A stretch of 32,000 nucleotides of DNA from NCBI RefSeq assembly GCF_003231495.1, contig NZ_PQWO01000006.1, positions 180,001 through 212,000 on the forward strand, read 5' to 3'. A program made the translations under genes and the position numbers. The DNA is from Acaryochloris thomasi RCC1774. GTDB lineage: Bacteria > Cyanobacteriota > Cyanobacteriia > Thermosynechococcales > Thermosynechococcaceae. The number at the start of each line of letters is the position of its first letter. Position 1 is the stretch's first letter. This document shows, one piece after another, positions 27,426 through 32,000 of the stretch. The notes under the pieces were generated by a model, which was not told where the DNA came from, ran no database searches, and was given only the letters and a program-made list of their open reading frames with translations.

Positions 27426-28433
27426 ATGACTCCGCTGGTAAGTGTTTGCATTCCTACTTACAACGCCTCCAGGCATTTAGAGGACTGTCTTAACAGCGTT
27501 ATTTCTCAGACCTTAACCGATTTTGAAGTTTTGGTTGTTGATAATCAGTCATCAGACAACACGCTTGAAATTGTCAAATCATATGCTGAACGTGACAGTC
27601 GTTTTAGAATTATCGTAAACGATCAGAATATTGGTGCCATCAACAACTTTAATCGCTGTGCTGAACTGGCTCAAGGGGAATGGATAAAATATGTACATGC
27701 AGACGACTTGATTGAGCCCCACTGCCTAGAAAAGCTAATCTCAGCAAAACAATCAGACAGCGCTTTGGTTTGTTGTCGCCGGAACTTTCTCTTCGAACCA
27801 GGTGTCAGTGAAAAAACAGAGAAATACTATCTAGATATCTTATCTAAAAGATCTATCGAAACCCTTTTCCCTGATTCGATAAATATCTCCGCGCGAAGTT
27901 TCTGTAAGGCTACTCTTGAAAATATAGGATTCAATATTGTCGGTGAGCCAGTGGCTGTAATTTTAAATCGCAATGCGTTCTACCGTTACGGTGTTTTCAA
28001 CCGGCATATTGTAAATAAATGCGACGTAGAGCTGTGGACTAGAGTCGCAACTCATACAGGGATTACCCACGTACCAGAGGTATTGGCTACTCACCGGGTC
28101 CATAGTGGTTCAGTAACGACTGGCAATACAGCAGATCGCCACTATAGAAAATCCAAAATTGACCAGCTTATTATTCTGTATGAATTTGTATTGAACCCTA
28201 TCTATGCTCCGTTACGAGACGTTGCCAAAAATTACCCGACGGTAAACTTACAGAATCTTCTTGCTAAAAGCGCACATATCGCTAGGAGAATTGCCGAGAA
28301 AGATACTAGTGTAATGCCTCAATGGGAGGAAATACAGAAGTATTATCCAGCACTTTCGAATATATCAAAGCTCAGTTTTCCCCAAAAAATCACTCACTAT
28401 ACCAACCGATTAGGCAAATCACTGGAGAACTAA
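27426..28433 (+). CDS. Glycosyltransferase family 2
   Basis: 335 aa with VSVCIPTYNASRHLEDCLNSVISQT, VLVVDNQSSDNT and VHADDL (DxD-equivalent). More divergent than the tandem GT2 pair. Confidence 0.8.
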   Translation: MTPLVSVCIPTYNASRHLEDCLNSVISQTLTDFEVLVVDNQSSDNTLEIVKSYAERDSRFRIIVNDQNIGAINNFNRCAELAQGEWIKYVHADDLIEPHCLEKLISAKQSDSALVCCRRNFLFEPGVSEKTEKYYLDILSKRSIETLFPDSINISARSFCKATLENIGFNIVGEPVAVILNRNAFYRYGVFNRHIVNKCDVELWTRVATHTGITHVPEVLATHRVHSGSVTTGNTADRHYRKSKIDQLIILYEFVLNPIYAPLRDVAKNYPTVNLQNLLAKSAHIARRIAEKDTSVMPQWEEIQKYYPALSNISKLSFPQKITHYTNRLGKSLEN

Positions 28434-29215
28434 GCTTCATGTAGTCTGCTCGATAAAAATACATAACTGCAATGTTTGCACCATAGGCAAGAGATCATGG
28501 ACCAATTTCAGAGCTGCTTTATAACTGATATTAAAATCTTCAGCTCATCTGTTAGGAAAAGAGAAAGCTGATGTGACAAAGGCTGTGGAATTCTCAGATT
28601 GAAAAAAAAGATGATAGATTTGATTGAAAATAAAAAGTAGGTGATGTTTCTGACTCCATCCGTAAGATAGGCTTAAAATATTTATAGAGAACCATCAATA
28701 CTCTTTGGAGTAGCTCGACTACAGTTAGCGAGTAAACACTGCAAAAGGTATCTAAGCTCTTATTACCCTACCTGAAATAAATCCCCAACATATTGAGGGA
28801 AGACTAGCACAGAGCTGTTGCATTGTTCTTTGAGAAAACTCGGATAAGCTCAATATCCTAAATAAATCCAAAGGACACTACCAGCATATATTTCTTGTAG
28901 ACTAATTTATTTGTTGGAGTTTAGTTCTAACCAAAAATAAAAGGACGATATAGGAATATACATGTTCTTGTTCTGCAATAATTCGAGTATCTGAGAATCA
29001 TCTTTAGTATTGGCTAATAGCAAGGGTACTAGATTGCATGCTAGGGATTAAAATCGTCAGCATAATCTGGATTTTTGCACCACAGGTTGATGGTTTGCGG
29101 GTGGGATTCTCAATTTAAATCACATGTAAAAAATACTTCAACTAAGGAGCATTCTATATTCTTAACAGGGCATTCATTCTGTAAAACGCCATGACAAAGG
29201 ATCTTCTTCTATATA

Positions 29216-30304
29216 ATGATTAGAAAATACTATAAATCCCTGTTAATAATGAGTCTGTCATTTTTAGGTGCAAGCGCTCTTCTGAAAACTGCACTATCTA
29301 AATTTGCTCCTGAACCTATTGTTCGGACTTACACAGTTAAGATGGCAGAGTTTGAGAAAGCACCCAATCAATACAAAATTCTCTTTGTGGGCTCCAGTCA
29401 TATTCACTACCATCTTATGCCCGATCAATTTGACTCACACGCGCGTAGTCAAGGGTTCTCTTTCCAGTCTTTTAATATGGGTAGCCCAAATTTAGATAGA
29501 ATGGAAACGAATGCGTTAGTCAAAAGAATTATAAGTTCAGGTCCAGAAAATCTCAAGTATATATTTATAGAACCTAGATCTTTTAGCAGCAATTTCAAAA
29601 ATCCAGATAGCCTCCGAGCAGTCTATTTTCATAATCATGAAAATACAGCATTTCTGCTGGACTATATTGTCCGATCTAGCCTAGAATTTGATGAAAAATT
29701 TCTAAGAATAAAAAGTGCGATTCAATCATTCAGTATAAACTTTTTCAATATAGGAGATCTACATAAAGGACTGACTCAAGGTGCAACGAATAAGCTTGAT
29801 GTTTATTCATTAGGGCCTCAGAAGAATGGCTTTGCAGAAATGAAATGGTATTGTCGCCGGGTTGAGGGTAAAGAAGGAAAGGCATGCTTGAGGAAGATTC
29901 AGAAATTCTCAAAAAAGCTTGACGAAGAGAATGATTTTTATCGTTCAGCTCAGACAGAGTACAATAAATCATTACGTGGCACCGAGCCTTTTTCAAAGTA
30001 TCAAATACAATCTTTAGTTGATCTCTCTAATACTCTAAAGGAACAAGGCATAACGGCGATATTTTTAAATACCCCTGCTGTATACGGAGGGAATGATCAG
30101 AGTATTGCTTTCAAGCTAGCATATAAAAGAGATACTCCCCCCATACATATCTTGGACTATAATGATCCTTCTCAATTTCCAAGTCTTTTTCAAGAGGATC
30201 TATGGTATGACAACACTCATCTTAATCAGCAAGGTGCTCAGCTCTTAACACAGTATATAGCGAGTGATTTCTTGAAAAAATTTAGCGCGAGTCTGGAAGA
30301 GTGA
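29216..30304 (+). CDS. Membrane-anchored SGNH/GDSL-like protein, probable partner of the MBOAT acyltransferase
   Basis: 362 aa with an N-terminal hydrophobic anchor (SLLIMSLSFLGASALL). Four SGNH-like blocks in order: ILFVGSSHI (block I Ser, near 29390), FNMGSPN (block II Gly), VYGGNDQS (block III GxND), WYDNTHLNQQGAQ (block V DxxH). Its stop overlaps the MBOAT start. Confidence 0.55.
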   Translation: MIRKYYKSLLIMSLSFLGASALLKTALSKFAPEPIVRTYTVKMAEFEKAPNQYKILFVGSSHIHYHLMPDQFDSHARSQGFSFQSFNMGSPNLDRMETNALVKRIISSGPENLKYIFIEPRSFSSNFKNPDSLRAVYFHNHENTAFLLDYIVRSSLEFDEKFLRIKSAIQSFSINFFNIGDLHKGLTQGATNKLDVYSLGPQKNGFAEMKWYCRRVEGKEGKACLRKIQKFSKKLDEENDFYRSAQTEYNKSLRGTEPFSKYQIQSLVDLSNTLKEQGITAIFLNTPAVYGGNDQSIAFKLAYKRDTPPIHILDYNDPSQFPSLFQEDLWYDNTHLNQQGAQLLTQYIASDFLKKFSASLEE

Positions 30305-31722
30305 TTTTTACAGAGTTCAAATTTCTTTTCTTCTTTGCCGCTGTTTTTTGTGTCAACTGGTTACTGCGGAAATTTGTATTTAGAAAAATATTTCTATTGA
30401 TTTGTAGCTATCTATTTTACGCCGCGTGGGACTGGCGATTCCTCTCTCTAATTTGGATGTCAACAATTGTTGACTATATTCTTGGTCTCCAAATGAAAAG
30501 CGCACCAGATGTTTCTCGAAAGCGCTTCCTATTGTCTATTAGCCTTGTTGTTAATCTTGGAGTCCTTGGCTTTTTTAAATATTTTAATTTTTTCCTTGAA
30601 TCAGCTTTTGATCTTTTAGCTTGGCTAGATTTGCCCACGAGTACTAACTCGCTTGAAATTATTTTGCCTGTGGGTATTAGCTTCTATACTTTTCAAACGC
30701 TGAGCTATACGATTGATGTTTATCGAGGACATTTAGAACCAACGAGAAGCCCTATTGATTTTGCTTTATTTGTTGCTTTCTTTCCGCAATTAGTGGCTGG
30801 TCCCATTGTGCGCGCGAGTGACTTCATCCCTCAGTTGAGCAAAGCGCGATCCTTCGTGACTGTTCCTGTGCGAGCTTGCCTAGTTTTATTCCTCTTTGGC
30901 TTTTTTAAGAAAGCATGTATTGCCGACAGCATTGCACCGGCCGTTGATGCTGTTTATAGCCAACCTTCCGAATATTCTGCCTTTTCCATATGGCAGGCGA
31001 TCTGGCTCTATGCGATCCAGATTTACTGCGATTTTTCTGGTTATACAGATATGGCGATCGCCTGTGCTGGTTTACTCGGCTTCAGTTTTCCGGATAACTT
31101 CAACTATCCATACTTTGCTTCCAATATTTCTGATTTTTGGAGAAGATGGCATATTAGTCTTTCCACATGGCTTAAAGATTATCTGTATATTCCCCTTGGC
31201 GGTAACCGTGGCTCTAGGGGGGGCAGCTATCGGAATTTAATGATCACAATGGTTTTAGGAGGACTGTGGCATGGTGCTGCGTGGCGCTTTATCGCTTGGG
31301 GGGCAATGCATGGAGGCGCTCTTATTGGGCATAAAGTGTATCTGAAACAACAGTCTAGCCACCGGAGAGATCTTGACAAACAAGAAAAATTTATCGTCAG
31401 TCTTCTAGGAACCTTACTGACCTTTACATGGGTCTGTTTAGCTTGGGTATTCTTTCGTGCCGATGGTCTAGATGATGCAATGTCTGTTATTTTCAATTGT
31501 TTCTCTTTTGGTGCAGAGAGTAAGGCTACGCTTGGCTTTGAATATATTCCTTTGCTAATTGGTCTGCTGCTAACTCATTGGCTCAGCTACCGAGGGTACT
31601 TAGAAAGAGCCTTCAGTTCTCTTCCTGGTTGGGGGTTCTCACTCGTTTATGGCGCAGCTTATGCCGTCGTCTTTGCGGCTAAGCCAACAAACTATGAGCC
31701 ATTTATCTATTTTCAATTCTGA
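30301..31722 (+). CDS. MBOAT-family membrane-bound O-acyltransferase (AlgI/DltB/PatA-like)
   Basis: 473 aa and polytopic. Family blocks FYTFQTLSYTIDVYRG, FFPQLVAGPIVRA, FWRRWHISLSTWLKDYLYIPLGGNR and GGLWHGAAW (conserved His). The GTG start at 30301 overlaps the upstream TGA (GTGA). Confidence 0.85.
   Translation: MIFTEFKFLFFFAAVFCVNWLLRKFVFRKIFLLICSYLFYAAWDWRFLSLIWMSTIVDYILGLQMKSAPDVSRKRFLLSISLVVNLGVLGFFKYFNFFLESAFDLLAWLDLPTSTNSLEIILPVGISFYTFQTLSYTIDVYRGHLEPTRSPIDFALFVAFFPQLVAGPIVRASDFIPQLSKARSFVTVPVRACLVLFLFGFFKKACIADSIAPAVDAVYSQPSEYSAFSIWQAIWLYAIQIYCDFSGYTDMAIACAGLLGFSFPDNFNYPYFASNISDFWRRWHISLSTWLKDYLYIPLGGNRGSRGGSYRNLMITMVLGGLWHGAAWRFIAWGAMHGGALIGHKVYLKQQSSHRRDLDKQEKFIVSLLGTLLTFTWVCLAWVFFRADGLDDAMSVIFNCFSFGAESKATLGFEYIPLLIGLLLTHWLSYRGYLERAFSSLPGWGFSLVYGAAYAVVFAAKPTNYEPFIYFQF
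31054..31061. repeat. HIP1 octamer GCGATCGC
   Basis: Exact match read in the sequence, inside the MBOAT gene. Confidence 0.95.
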
Positions 31723-32000
31723 TATCTATCTACTTCAAGCAGAAACCTAGAAGCTTGGATCTTTACGCTGCTGCAACGTCTATTCTCTGAACAAGCTGTC
31801 TCTTGAGCTCTGGCAGTGTCTAATCGATTGTCATTGTATTAAAGATATCTCCCGTATCTTGTCGAATGAATATGCCGTTAGGAGTAAAATCCTGAATTTA
31901 GGTCAGATTCTTTAGGAAATAAGATATTCAGCTGACTAATCATTTGAGCAAAGCAGAGGATTCTAGTATGCTGATGTTGGGCGGAGTGTAGAGCGTTACT

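Noticed and set aside
28597-28637. An imperfect direct repeat, GATTGAAAAAAAAG / GATTGAAAATAAAAAG.
   Set aside because: It is A-rich low-complexity sequence in an AT-rich spacer and is too short and degenerate to distinguish from chance.
31879-32000. A minus-strand frame open from the right window edge to a TAA near 31879 (ending ...ILCFAQMISQLNILFPKESDLNSGFYS), which could be the 3' end of a convergent gene.
   Set aside because: Only about 40 codons are visible and there is no recognisable motif, so it cannot be supported from this window.
1-32000. A search for tRNA, rRNA, CRISPR repeat-spacer arrays, transposase/IS ends, integrase genes or long terminal inverted repeats flanking the low-GC segment.
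   Set aside because: I found nothing of the kind when reading both strands. The two AT-rich spacers flanking rfbF and the GT2 (25830-26508 and 28434-29215) share no evident direct or inverted similarity, so a mobile-element interpretation is unsupported.

Overview
The window looks like a cyanobacterial chromosome segment. The octamer GCGATCGC (HIP1) occurs 7 times, against about 0.5 expected by chance. I could run no searches, so all protein calls rest on motifs I read in the translations and on family knowledge from memory.

Three blocks are present.

(1) 1-8031, minus strand: a co-directional biosynthetic gene set.
- It contains an FkbO/Hyg5/XanB2-like chorismatase, a stand-alone aryl/acyl-AMP ligase and a free-standing carrier protein.
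- These are followed by a large hybrid NRPS-PKS with domain order C-T-KS-AT-DH.
- The megasynthase is absent from the ORF track because it runs off the left edge. I translated it by hand and it is open from a GTG at 4689 down to base 1.
- Its C-T module has no adenylation domain.

(2) 8981-13954: a WecG/TagA-family glycosyltransferase, an FdhF/YdeP-type molybdopterin oxidoreductase and an aldo/keto reductase. These look ordinary.

(3) 14803-31722, plus strand: a roughly 17-kb exopolysaccharide locus.
- It encodes a Wzc-type chain-length/tyrosine-kinase protein, a Wzy/O-antigen-ligase-family membrane protein and five glycosyltransferases, two of them tandem GT2 paralogues.
- It also encodes three PAPS-type sulfotransferases with three different sequence signatures, a stand-alone rfbF, and an SGNH-like protein overlapping an MBOAT O-acyltransferase by 4 nt.
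- This predicts a sulfated and O-acylated polysaccharide, comparable in logic to the Synechocystis synechan (xss) system.
- No priming transferase, flippase, outer-membrane exporter or phosphatase is visible.

Other points:
- GC content visibly drops, and HIP1 becomes rare, from about 19.8 kb rightwards.
- Four long ORF-poor spacers (8032-8980, 13955-14802, 25830-26508, 28434-29215) are unexplained.
- I saw no rRNA, tRNA, CRISPR array, transposase or recognisable defence gene.
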